Shown one piece after another: positions 23,626 through 35,242 of a stretch of DNA of 43,209 bases. The translations under genes and the position numbers were made by a program. A model generated the notes under the pieces. It was not told the DNA's origin, did not search any database, and worked only from the letters and a program-made list of their open reading frames with translations. How positions within the stretch are numbered: position 1 is the first letter of the stretch; the number at the start of each line of letters is the position of its first letter. Source of the DNA: Octopus bimaculoides (Eukaryota); NCBI RefSeq assembly GCF_001194135.2, contig NC_068990.1, positions 53,019,320 to 53,062,528 on the forward strand. The letters are read 5' to 3'.

Positions 23626-24539
23626 ATGACCTACAGGCACATTGTACTATTTGCTCCTTTCTTATGGGCAGAATCGGCACAGCTGATATATAGTTAATGG
23701 AATAATGGAAGTTATTGTTTGTTTAATAGTGAAGGGCGAGGGTACAATTTGCATGAAAGTGCTTTCTGTTCTTAAGAAGGATCAGAAACTATGTATTGTT
23801 TCATTATATAGAAGAGTGTTAATACAATTTTGTCCAGAAATCATGTTTACAATACTTAAATTTCCCCCTATCCCCACCACAGTTTCTTAATTTGTACCTT
23901 TTTTTTCGAATTTTACTGTTATCCACGTAGAAAAATACAGGGATTATGAATCTGGGAAATATATATATACACATACACATACATTTTTATAGTTTAATTT
24001 TTCTTAAAGAAACGCTCAATGCCCCTCCCTCCACCTTGCCCACCCATCACCTACCAGCTTTCAAAAAGCTAAAATCTCCCAATCTTACACTTTTGTTGAT
24101 GTTTCCCCACATGTGTAGAATTCTACTGAAATAGTAGACTTAAAAAAAAAATAGCAGGCCACCACCAGAAAACCTGACAAAGTACGGAAAGTCAACATGT
24201 ACTAAATGTTATAAAATCCACAATTGAGTATCACAGTGAAGAAAGTGACTGTCAAAGAAAATTTAGAAGGCATAATTCAATTTTTCATACAAAATTAATT
24301 TATTTTACAATTTTGAAATTAGTGCGGAACCAAGTGTATAGAAAGGAAGATGCTGTTGTTGTAACATTAATTTAAAATATTTGCTGAAGGATGCATGTAG
24401 CAAGATATAAATGAATTTGACATTACTACCTATTTTTTTAACTGTGTAACATTATAGGCTGTAAAATAAATACTGACTAACGCAGTTAAAAGGTTGTGTG
24501 ATGTTCATACTGACAGTGATGAAGGATACAAGGACTGTT

Positions 24540-24796
24540 CTATATTTAAGAGATGAAGAATTATGTACATTATTTACATTCGACGGATATTTGTCCTCAT
24601 CTTGTTTGTTGTTAACACAATGTTTCGGCTGGTATACCCTCCAGCCTTTTTCAGGTGTCTTGGGGAAATTTCGAACCTGGGTTCTCATTCCTAAGGTATT
24701 TTGTGATATTATTATTATTATTATTATTATTGTACAGGTCACTGCTTGGAATCGAACTCGAAATCTTGGGTTTAGTAGCCCGCACTCTTAATCACT
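24540..24796 (-). mobile_element. tRNA-derived SINE with hammerhead-like 3' part, copy A (head slightly truncated)
   Basis: Reverse complement of 24812-25080: B box GAGTTCGATTCC, (AAT)n spacer, shared 3' body. Confidence 0.85.
24614..24659 (-). ncRNA. Minimal type I hammerhead ribozyme relic (G8 to A)
   Basis: GACAC-CTGAAAA-A-GGCTG-gagggtatac-CAGCC-GAAACATT-GTGTT. Confidence 0.6.
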
Positions 24797-24798
24797 TT

Positions 24799-24873
24799 GG
24801 GCATATGGCGTAGTGGTTAAGATCATGGGTTACTAACCTCAAGATTCCTAGTTCGATTCAAAGCAGTGACCTT

Positions 24874-24909
<36 letters not shown>

Positions 24910-25080
24910 AATAATAATAATAATAATAATAACAACAACATCGAAAAATACCTTTGGAATGAGAACCCTGGTTTGAAATTTCCCCAAGACACCTGAAGAA
25001 GGCTGGAGGGCATATCAGCTGAAGCATTGTGTTAACAACAAACAAGATGAGGACAAATATCCGTCGAATGTAAATAATGA
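24799..25080 (+). mobile_element. tRNA-derived SINE with hammerhead-like 3' part, copy B
   Basis: A box TGGCGTAGTGG (24806-24816), B box GTTCGATTC (24851-24859), (AAC)n(AAT)n spacer, 3' body; no T4 Pol III terminator. Confidence 0.85.
24988..25033 (+). ncRNA. Minimal type I hammerhead ribozyme relic (GAAA to GAAG)
   Basis: GACAC-CTGAAGA-A-GGCTG-gagggcatat-CAGCT-GAAGCATT-GTGTT. Confidence 0.6.
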
Positions 25081-25231
25081 ATACAAGGACTGTTAAAAAA
25101 AACATTATCTTGAAACTGGTTAGAAGGAGTGGAATAACATTTCTGTAATTATATTGAAAGAGTCACTAGTCTTTCTACTTGGCCATGTTTCCGAATTTGT
25201 TATAATAACCAGAATAACATTATTTTTTCAG

Positions 25232-25355
25232 ATATATCAACGAGTATTGTGAGTGGTGTTATTTCAGCCAAATCTTCACGTTGGTAGTACTTGAAAGTGA
25301 ATGCTGTTGTTTATTTCAGTGCGTTTCACTGTTGGGCAGGAGAAAGTTACATAAA
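25232..25355 (+). other. Candidate internal exon of unknown product
   Basis: TATTTTTTCAG| acceptor, open frame YINEYCEWCYFSQIFTLVVLESECCCLFQCVSLLGRRKLHK, AAA|GTAAGA donor. No recognised homology. Confidence 0.15.
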
Positions 25356-26243
25356 GTAAGACGCACACACACATACATTAACACACACCTGAAGCCTATC
25401 TCTGTCCCTGTGTGTGTCAGTTGTCACAAAAATGTATGTGTAGTGACAAATACATACACCGTCATACACCTATACTTGTCAGTCATTGGCCTAACATATG
25501 TAACGAACACACGCACACACTCATATAGAAAATGTGACGTCATGGTGGTGATATAAAATGTTGTTTGCGATAGGCAACTAAAAGAAAATGACAATGTTAA
25601 ATTTTTGTAATGCAAATATGTGAATGAAAATATANNNNNNNNNNATATATATATATATAAATATATATAAGATACTCACACACACACACAAGCATAATTA
25701 AGGGCTTCATTAAACTGGATAACTTATATTTCACTAATTTGGGACTTCACTAAACTGAACAGTCTGATTTAAATAAAAAGTATTTTTCTGGCAAATTCTA
25801 AATGTATCATGTATTTATATTATCTAAAACTCATTGTATATTGCAAATTAATTACCTAACTATCAGCAATGTGCTAATTATGTAAATTGGATTTACCAGG
25901 TTCGAATAGCTGTTAAGTTTTGTATCTGTATTCAATCTCTCTCTGAAGAATTATCTCAAGTAAGGACAAAACTAGTCAGGCCATTCCCTATTTTCCGTAG
26001 AGGTTGTAAAGGCCTTTATTTACATTTGTCTAGATTATTGAATTACAGGCAGCACAGTTGAAACTCATTCTATTGCTCACTGGCTCTGTTGCCATGGTAA
26101 TGAGATTTGCTTCTGAGTGAAAGTTGGGTCAAAGAAGATTGTTGTTGATTCACTCAATATGTCTAACATTTTAGAGTTTAGAGTATTTCTTTGTCTCAGG
26201 ATGTGCAAGTTAGATGGCTCAACAAAATGGAGAGGGCTTCACA

Positions 26244-26302
26244 GTCTGCCTGTCTCTGTCTGTCTGTCTGCCTGTCTGTCTGTCTGCCTGTCTGTCTGTC
26301 TG

Positions 26303-26332
<30 letters not shown>
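26244..26332. repeat. (TCTG)n(TC)n microsatellite
   Basis: Direct reading. Confidence 0.9.
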
Positions 26333-26335
<3 letters not shown>

Positions 26336-26394
26336 CTGTTTCTCCTTATCTCTTTCTCCTTCCCTCTCTCTCTCTCATCATTATTTGTTTAGAA

Positions 26395-28428
26395 CAGGGG
26401 TCACCAAACTTTTTTGATAGTGTGCCAGATATAGCTAAAAGAATTCCAAGCGCAGGCCGGATAAATATTTTGTTCAATTTAGTACAATATAGAATACACT
26501 GAATGTACACAAAGAATAAAGACAGTCATCCTATTTATTTATCAATGCATAAAATACACAAAATAATAAAAACAATTAACATATTTTAATAATGCCAAAA
26601 TATTACCAAGTTAGAATTTTTAGAAAAAGTACGCATGAAGCTGAATTGCATAAAAAGTAAGCAGCACAAAAGTTAACAAGATTTGTGAAATTGGCGTTTT
26701 GCTTCCAAAATATCATCAACATTTGCTTTATGATTGCTGTAGCCAACCATAAGAATTGCTTTCAAATATTCATCAGTGAACCTTGTTCGATCTATTGATT
26801 TCACACATTTTTGAAAAAAGTTTGCTCACAAACATAAGTTGTTCCAAAAATTGATGCTATACCTGAGGCAAATTTTTTCAGTTTTGAAAACTCATCAGCA
26901 GGCAAGTAGTGATAAAATTCAATGAGTTTTCCTTCTCTGTGCTTCTCTTTCAACAAGGTATTAGCTTGCAAGTCAGTAAGCTCCAGTTGTAGCTCAGTTG
27001 GCATATTATCAAGATTACAGCCAAAGGGATTCTCAAAGAAAAGAATTTCATTCTCAATTCTGTCAAGATCTGAAAATCTTTGAGAAAAATGCTTATTTAA
27101 GTCCCAAATAATTTTTTTCTGTGCAAAACTCTTGAAAACACTGAAAATGAGAGAAGTCTCCTCCTTCAAGTTGTGTTTCAAACAATGATAGCTTTCTCCA
27201 AAATGCTGTAATAATTCTGTAGAGATCACAGACAAGGTTATTCTTTCCTTGCAGTTTTAAATTCAATTCATTCATATGAGAAGTGATGTCAACTAAAAAT
27301 GACAACTTTGATAACCATGAAGGATCTGACAGCTGTGGATCAGCTCTATTCTTTTTGGTGAGAAAAAGATCTATTTCTCTTCGGAGATTATAAAAATGAA
27401 ACAGGACTTTACCCCAACTGAGCCATCTCACTTTTGTGTAGTAAGGCAAGTCACAGAAATTAGAATCCATTTCTTCAAGGAAAGCCTGGAACTGTCAGTG
27501 ATATTGCCCATGATTCTGAATAAAGTTCACCACAGTTGTAACCGGTTTTAGTATGCAAGAAATATCTAAGTGTTTTCCTCAGAGCATTTGCTGATGTATA
27601 ATGCAGTGTATGAACAGAGCCTTCGGAAGTTGAAGCTCCTCCAACTTGGATTTGCCCTAACAGACTCTTCCTCATTCCTGCCATGTTTTTTCTTCCGTCG
27701 ACTGTAACACACCAAAGCTGATTCCACTGAAGGTTATAGTTTTGCAAAGTTTTCTGCACCTGTATGAAAATACCGTCTCCAGTTGTTGTTCCATGTATAC
27801 TGCGAACAGATACCATTTCTTCTATAATCTCGAAGTTGCAATTGACACCACGAATGAACACAAGAAGCTGTGACATACTAGAGAGATCCATCGCAAGAAA
27901 ATACCACAACAATTTCTTAGCTTTCTCGTGTATCTGTAATTGTATATTCTCTCCAAGTTCTTCTATTCTCCGCACATCTCAACTTGCTGAAAGGCTGATA
28001 CAGCCAAACATGTTAGCTTTTTCAGGACACAAGTCATTTGCTGCTTCCATCATGCATTCTTTTAGAAAGTTTCCGTCAGTGAATGGTTTTCCTCGCTCTA
28101 TTAACTTATTCACTATTTTGTAACTTACATGAGTGATAGATTCATTTTCAACAAACTATTTTATAAAGAAATTTCTTTGAGATTCCAAACTACGTTTTAT
28201 AGATTCAAATTTCTCGGACTGCAACTTTCCAGAATATTTAGAATGTGTTGAGAGATGTTTTGCTTCGTAGTGACGACGAATATTGTACTCTTTCATAACA
28301 GCAACACTTTCGTTGCATATCAAGCAACTAGCCTTCTGGTTGTTTGTTTCCACAAAGAAGTACTTTTCTCCCCATTCTTTATTGAAAATGCAACATTTAT
28401 CATCAACCATTCTCTTCTTAGTAGCCAT
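26395..28428 (-). mobile_element. hAT (Charlie/SPIN, GTF2IRD2-like) DNA transposon, one TIR retained, transposase broken
   Basis: TIR CAGGGGTCACCAAACT at 26395 after GTTTAGAA; BED finger CLIC...HYEAKH; TVDG; TKVRWLS; FGTTYVCEQTF; ATG at 28428, stop at 26673-26675; several frameshifts; second TIR not seen. Confidence 0.92.
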
Positions 28429-28991
28429 GACGATGGGTGAAGAAAAAACAAAAGCAGTCTTAGGCCTCAGCATCAGATATTCTCATTTTAATTGTAATCA
28501 CTAATGACTAGCTCAAGGCACATGTGATATACTTTAATAATTATTATGGCGCATGGTAGATGAATTAAAGCTTTCTGGTTCAATGTTGTCTACAGTATAT
28601 CAAGTTGTACTTGGACATATGTCCCCCCCCCCCACACACACACCTATGGTATATATGAAAGTGTATCAATAGCTTAAAGCTAGAAATAAACATTACTACT
28701 GTTGTTGGTCTTCAAGTGAATAAAGCCATCAGACAGGTCAGTTTCATACTAGATCTGCTGCTTCCATTGAAGTCTTTTATTTAGTTTTGTGCAAATATTT
28801 TAGTTTTATACTTTCAGAAGTTTTCAACTTGCTGTGCATGGTGACTATTTCCAATCTATTGACCAATAACTATTTGCCTGTAGATTTTAACTGCATGTTC
28901 TGTTAAGGTATTAAAGTGGTTTAGGTTTACTCTCAGACACACTTCTTTTCCTGTCTCCAACATCTATATTACTATTACAAAACACTGAGAA

Positions 28992-29230
28992 ATGGTAATT
29001 GGTGCACTTGGCACAAAATCTAAACTGTTACCTAAAAGACTGAAGGATATTGGAATTGAGACTTGCATTGTCAATTTGCAGCAAAGTGCAATCCTGTATT
29101 CTGCAAGAAATCGTAGAAAGATTCTTAAGATTTGAGGAAACTTGTTACCAAACCTGAAGACAAAATCCTTGCTAACTAATATAGAATGTAATAGTTATAA
29201 TAATATAAATAAAGAAGTTGCTACCAGTAT
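28992..29230 (+). mobile_element. R4/Dong-like element extreme 3' end
   Basis: MVIGALGTKSKLLPKRLKDIGIETCIVNLQQSAILYSARNRRKILKI* (28992-29135), followed by a short UTR and a TAA-rich tail. Confidence 0.75.
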
Positions 29231-29917
29231 AAATAAAACATAAATGAAATCTTGTTAAGCTTATGTTATCCCTAATTTATGTTTTGTTGACATATTTATT
29301 GGACACAAACTTATTATAGTTGTCTTCTACCTCCTAAATTTCACTGTTGGTGATGATGGTTCCCAGTCTCACCCAAAAATGTTTCTGATTACATAATTTC
29401 CTTACACCACTTCTAGTTGTGGTGCTATCTTGGTGTTTAATATCTCAATCATTCTGTGGTTATTGCATCTCCTTTATGCTGTATCTCTGCTTATAAAAAA
29501 AAAGGGGGATGTCATTAGTATTTTAGTTATCTTGATTACCATCTCACATAATTGTTGTTGTTTGATTCTAGGTGAGCTCGAAAGATGTTGAAGCTGTTAC
29601 AGTCCTATCTATTTTTTAAATCTAATGAATTTAAGAAAATAATTTGCCCTTCATGATTTTAAGATGGTTAAATGTAATTTGAAAGGGATTTGGTTGCTAT
29701 TTCTAGCCAGTTTAGCACTCTTTGCTTTTCTGGCTTCAAAGTTAAGTATGTCTAACGACATAGTATATGGTTATTAATTTATGGCAACATAATGTGTAGT
29801 CATTAGTGTCAAAAGTGTTTTGGGGACTGTTCTATATTCACTGAATTTGATGAAGATATTGAATTAATGCATCCAAGATAAATAGCTTGAATGAGAAAAT
29901 TGAAAATCAAAGATGAA

Positions 29918-30116
29918 TGTAGTTCTTACTTGTGTAGTGTTGTAAAGTGAGTTCCTCCCACTGGTGTGATGTGTGATTATCATTGTACTGTAGTTGCTCT
30001 TTTACATTAGTAGCCACAATAGTTACTAGTCATTGGTTACCATTGTATCTCTTTGTACCGGAATAAAGGTACATGAACTTCTTCTGTCTTCCTATTGCTG
30101 ATAGCTCCACAAGACA
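29918..30116 (-). mobile_element. Candidate 3' LTR of the Gypsy element (199 bp, TG...CA)
   Basis: TG/CA ends; adjoins a purine-rich PPT-like tract on the minus strand (AAGAAGAAAAGATAGTAGG, 30117-30135). No partner LTR in the window. Confidence 0.4.
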
Positions 30117-32190
30117 CCTACTATCTTTTCTTCTTAAGGTCTACTTTTAGGAATTCAGTTTTCTTCCTTTTCCTTGTACATGTGGTTTAGACTTCTTGTA
30201 ATGGTGTTGGAACCTGAAAAGTTTCATGTAGCGAATCCATTGGTATTTCTAGTTCCTTTTCTATGACTCTTTCCTTAAGCTGATTTCTATGTCTCCAATC
30301 CATTCCATTTCTACTTCTTACACCGTGCATCATTCTTCCTATGTGTGTTACAATTTCTCCTTTTTCCCAGTATTGCTTGCCATTTTTGTACATTCTTACT
30401 GATTCTAAAGAATTTTGGCATGTCTTTACTAGCATGTATTTTTTTTTTTCACTGGTAACAGTTTATTGAATACTGACTTCACCTTTCTGGCAAACATTAA
30501 TTCTGCTGGTGAACTTCCTTATGGTATATTTAGGTTTGGAGTTACCCTGTATACCCTTAAGAATTGTTGGATTGTGACCTCATCCATTGCTTCCTTATTA
30601 GCCTTCTTTAAAGCTCTCTTAAAAGTGTCCATGAACCATTCACCCTTCTACTTGACCTAAGGTGATACAGTGCTATAGTTTTGTTCTAACATGAACATCT
30701 CACAGAATCTTTTATACTCACAGGATACAAACTGTGTTCCATCATCAGAGACAAACAGCTCATGTAAGAAGTTTATTACCGTATATGAGGTTGGTTGTTT
30801 ACACCTTGCAATCTCAGGCCATTTTGTGTAGCTGTCCACTACCATTAAGTAATAATATCCATTTACTGGACCTGCAAAATTGATATGCAATTGGGACCTT
30901 GGTATTTTTACTTCCAGCCAAGGTTCACATTTTGTAGTAAATAGTTTCACTGCCAGCGCATATCCTCTGCAGCCTTTTACCTGGTTTTCAACTTCTTTGT
31001 CCATGTTTAGCCTGTATACAAAACTTTGCATCAGCTCTTACATTCTAGAGATACCTGGGTGTCCCACATGGAACTCTTTTAGCATTCTCTTCTGTAATGT
31101 CTGTGGTATGACCACCCTCTGAGCCTCTGAGCGTACATTAGTACACCATCATATATAGAGTACACACTCACATCTTGGCAAATCTTTGCATCAGACCTTT
31201 ATTTTCTCTTTCGTTGACCACAGTTTTCTTTTTGTCTCATTAGTAAATTTGTCATTTCTCGCATTTATTTTTATTTTTTCCCAAAGTTACTGGTAGTTCA
31301 CACACGATGTTCCACATCACTTTTTTTGTTTCTACTTCTGCTCTTAGTGCTGCTATTATGGTGTCCTCCAGTGGATCATTATTTCTTGGAACTATCCTAG
31401 AGAGACCATTGGAATACCCCAACTTTTTTGAAGGCAGATATTCCATTCTATAATCATAGTTCAATAGAATGGTACCCCACCACTGCAATCTGTTTACCAT
31501 GTGTGTTGGGATTCCTTTCTTGGATCTGTATACCGTTATTAGAGGTCTATAGTCTGTTTGCAACCAAAATCGTCTGCTGTGAATGAACCTGTGGAACTTT
31601 TTCACACCAAATATAATAATCAACCCCTCTTTTTCAGTCTGGCCAGCCATAATATCCTTGATATGTGCGCTATGGCTTATCTCTTGCCATCGTTATCCTT
31701 GTGTAGCATGGCTCCTTTCCCATACTTGCTAGCATCTGTAACTAGCATCTCTAACTTTGGGTCAAAATGCGTAAGATACAAGTCTGAAGTTAACTTGTTA
31801 AATGCTTTCTGGCATTTTTCTGACCAAACCCATTTGGCATTTGTTTTTAATAATTCATTAAGTGGTGCCTTTATCTTATGTATATTTGGGAATGCTTTAG
31901 CATTGTCATGTTTGGGGGGGGGGGCATATTTCATATTGCCATTGCCCTTGATGGGTCTGGTCTGCATCCAGTTTCGTTGATTACTTGACCTAGTTATTTT
32001 ATGTTTTCCATAAAAAATTCGCATTTTTCTTCTGTCAGTTTTAGCCTGTATTCACTTATTCTCTCGAAAACTTTCTTTGTGTCCAACATGTTGCACCTGA
32101 TGCGATGGCGAAGTCGCAATCACTTACATTGCATCCATTATTTGTTGGAATATGGCGGGTGCCACTTCTGCATTGATGATTCACGGTGAC
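30117..32190 (-). mobile_element. Ty3/Gypsy (K02A2.6/Mag-like) pol remnant: RT-RNase H-integrase
   Basis: APAIFQQIMDAM; KAPLNELLK; LVTDASKYG; LIIIFGVKKFHRFIHSRRFWLQTDYRPL; integrase LHINFAGP..VVDSYTKWPE..SDDGTQF. Many stops. Confidence 0.92.
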
Positions 32191-32758
32191 ACAACTTTGT
32201 TTTCTCACATATATGCATTTATTCAGACAGCCAAAAAGAAAAAAAAAGAATGTGTATATATGTGTGTACATGTAGGTATGTATATATGTATATGCAAACA
32301 CAGTCCTATATACCCATGAACGCTCCTGTAAAATGCATGCATATGCAAGGGTTTATATATATTTTGATGGCTCCTAAAAATATTTTCTCAATAATCTAAT
32401 CTAAATGCTGTGTTGTTCTGGGTAAGAGCCAAACAATGCTGCTATATTCCACCATCATCTTAATTACTTTCTCTCAACAATACATTATTTCTTACATTCT
32501 TAGATCCTCTTTTGTTATTAACCATTCTTTCCACTGTTATTATTATTATCATCATCATCATCATCATTATAATCATCATCATCATCAGTAATGTTGATTC
32601 TGTTATTCTTATAAGAATGTACATTTTATAGTATTATTTCTTTACAATATCAGATTTGTCTTAAACGAGATCAGTGTGTGTGTGTGTTGTATGCATGTGT
32701 TCACATATGCAAATGCACATAAGCAGTGTATCTGCAGCATGCTCACATTTGTGTGTGT

Positions 32759-32764
32759 GCGTGC

Positions 32765-32808
<44 letters not shown>
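32759..32808. repeat. (CA)n microsatellite; (TG)n also at 32967-33007
   Basis: Direct reading. Confidence 0.9.
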
Positions 32809-32809
<1 letters not shown>

Positions 32810-32962
32810 TACCCTCCCTTTTCACAAATTATGTAGAGATAATTTTGTTGTAAGTATTCTATTTGTCAACTGTTGACTACATCACATTCAGCTTTATCAG
32901 AGGATGGATTAGATCTAGATATATGTGTTGTGATTAAATCTAGATGTATAAATTTTAAGTTG

Positions 32963-33009
<47 letters not shown>

Positions 33010-33270
33010 ATGTAGGTATGTATATATGTATATGCAAACATTGTCCTATGTGTGTGTGTGTGTATCTAAATATATAAAGTTCTTACTTGCTGATAACTTG
33101 AAATATTACTACTCTTGCATAACATATGTTGAAAGCAAAATTTTTGTGATTTGACAAAATTAAATATACCCCCAAAAATTACTGCCGACAAGTTGATCAC
33201 CATTAAAAGATTACATCAATGTAATACGGAATGTCAAACCATTTTGATCACTTATATTATCAAATGATTT

Positions 33271-33490
33271 AAGGCAGTGAGCTAGCAAAATCATTAGCAC
33301 AGCAGGCAAAATGCTTAACAACATTTTCTTTGTCTTTACATTCTGAGTTCAGATTCCACCAAGGTCAGTTTTGCCTTCCATCCTTTTGGGGTCAATAAAA
33401 TAAGTACCAGTTGAATACTGGAGTTGAGGTAATTGATTTAACCCTACCACCAAAATTGCTGGCCTTGTGTCAAAATTTGTAACTAATATT
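33271..33490 (+). mobile_element. Deu/Nin-domain tRNA SINE
   Basis: TTTTGCCTTCCATCCTTTTGGGGTCAATAAAATAAGTACCAG core. Confidence 0.8.
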
Positions 33491-33686
33491 ATCAAATGAT
33501 TGGAAAACAATGAAAATTGGAAACATTTATGAAAATCAGGGTAGTTAAAATTAAGGTAATTAAAGCTGCATCTGCTACCCACTCTACCATACCCTTTGTC
33601 CCCAGTACCCGTATTAGATTTTCCAGTGCCCTTTAGGTGGTACTACTCACTTTGAGAAGCACTGTTTTAGTAAGATATATATTTAA

Positions 33687-33906
33687 CCCTTTAGCATTCA
33701 AATTAATATGTCAAAAGTAATCCTTATTCATTTACATTTTAAAAAATTAATCTGGAATTATCCTGTAGCTTCAAGATTTGAAAGATGTAATTGTTTATTT
33801 TTAGAATGACATTGTAAGGTAGGTGTGAGATACTGGTTCTTGCCAGTTTGAGCATAAAATGAGTAGAATATTTGGGCCGGATATAGCCGGTTTAAACACT
33901 AAAGGG
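33687..33906. mobile_element. piggyBac-type MITE
   Basis: TTAA|CCCTTTAG...CTAAAGGG|TTAA; TTAA duplication at 33683-33686 and 33907-33910. Confidence 0.85.
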
Positions 33907-34780
33907 TTAATTTCTGTTCAAACCTTGCATTTCATAGCTTCTTTCATTTCATGTGTGTGTGTGTGTGTGTGTGAATGAGTATGTGATATTAAGATATTGA
34001 CAGGAAGTGTATGTATGCATAGTCCTTGAAAATAACTGTCACTAAGAGGCAAAATAATTGAGACTGAGAGCAGAGAGATAGCTGGACATTTAGATTAGTT
34101 ATTAACAACTAAGATTTAAAGAATAGTTGAATGGAGATGGGTATAATGAATTGTGTTCTTGCTGATTCATTTATTGCTGAGGTTGTTGCACTTGTACAAA
34201 TATTGTAATCATTCATTACATCAAATTAGAAACTGGTGTAATAAATTAATCTATTCATTTGTGACAATTACAGTGATCTTCCTTGACAATTCAAGGTATT
34301 TCATTGTATTTGAAGGAAGTAAAATGAAGAACTAGATTTGCTAAATTCTGTAGATCATACCTAATCATCTTTAGACAAGTATGTAACATCAGGTTAGGAA
34401 TAAGAGAATGTGGTAGAATGGTGAGTACAGTTGCTAAAGTGAGGGTTATTGTCTCTTTTAATTTGTGGGCAGTTTGAGGGATAGACAAATGTTTCTCAGA
34501 CTGAAGAATCTTAGACTTGGTCATATGCAAAAATTTGAAATGATGAAGCTAGTCTATTGACAATTCTATTGAACACTTATAGAGACTGTTAGAAGAGGTA
34601 TCTGTTGCCTCGGAGACTAAAAACTGATTGATTGATTGAATTAGTTTATATGAGGAATGTGACATGATTAATCAAAGTCTGTTATTGAGAATTGTTCACT
34701 CAGATGGATTATAAATACTCTTATGACTGTGCACTCCAGTTTCCATTGGAATATTTATAGATTTTCAATGTGTAAAGCAG

Positions 34781-34787
<7 letters not shown>

Positions 34788-34875
<88 letters not shown>
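34788..34875. repeat. Compound (AG)n(TG)n(TA)n(AG)n microsatellite
   Basis: Direct reading. Confidence 0.9.
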
Positions 34876-35242
34876 GAACATCAGCGTGCACACACGTGTG
34901 TGTGTGTATATAGTTGAAACGATTATGAGGAAATCTTCTGAACTGGTGTTGTGTTTGTTGACAAAGAAACTGATCATAGTGACATTACTACACTTGTTTT
35001 TGTCCAAAGTATTTATTATTCACAAACCATTGCAAAATATTGATTTAGATAAAAGATTATAGAATTTATTGTCCACAGTTACATATATCATCAAAGTTTT
35101 GTTTTAAAACTACCAAACTCCAATGGGAAAATTGTTTGGCTGAAATTTTGATTTCATTTTTGGTACTGCAGTCCCACACTGCCTATAAGAGAGGAAATAA
35201 TAGCAATAAAGATGATAATAATAATAATGATAATGATAATGA

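Noticed and set aside
24799-24872. tRNA gene
   Set aside because: A and B boxes are present, but the acceptor stem is not closed and it continues into a SINE body.
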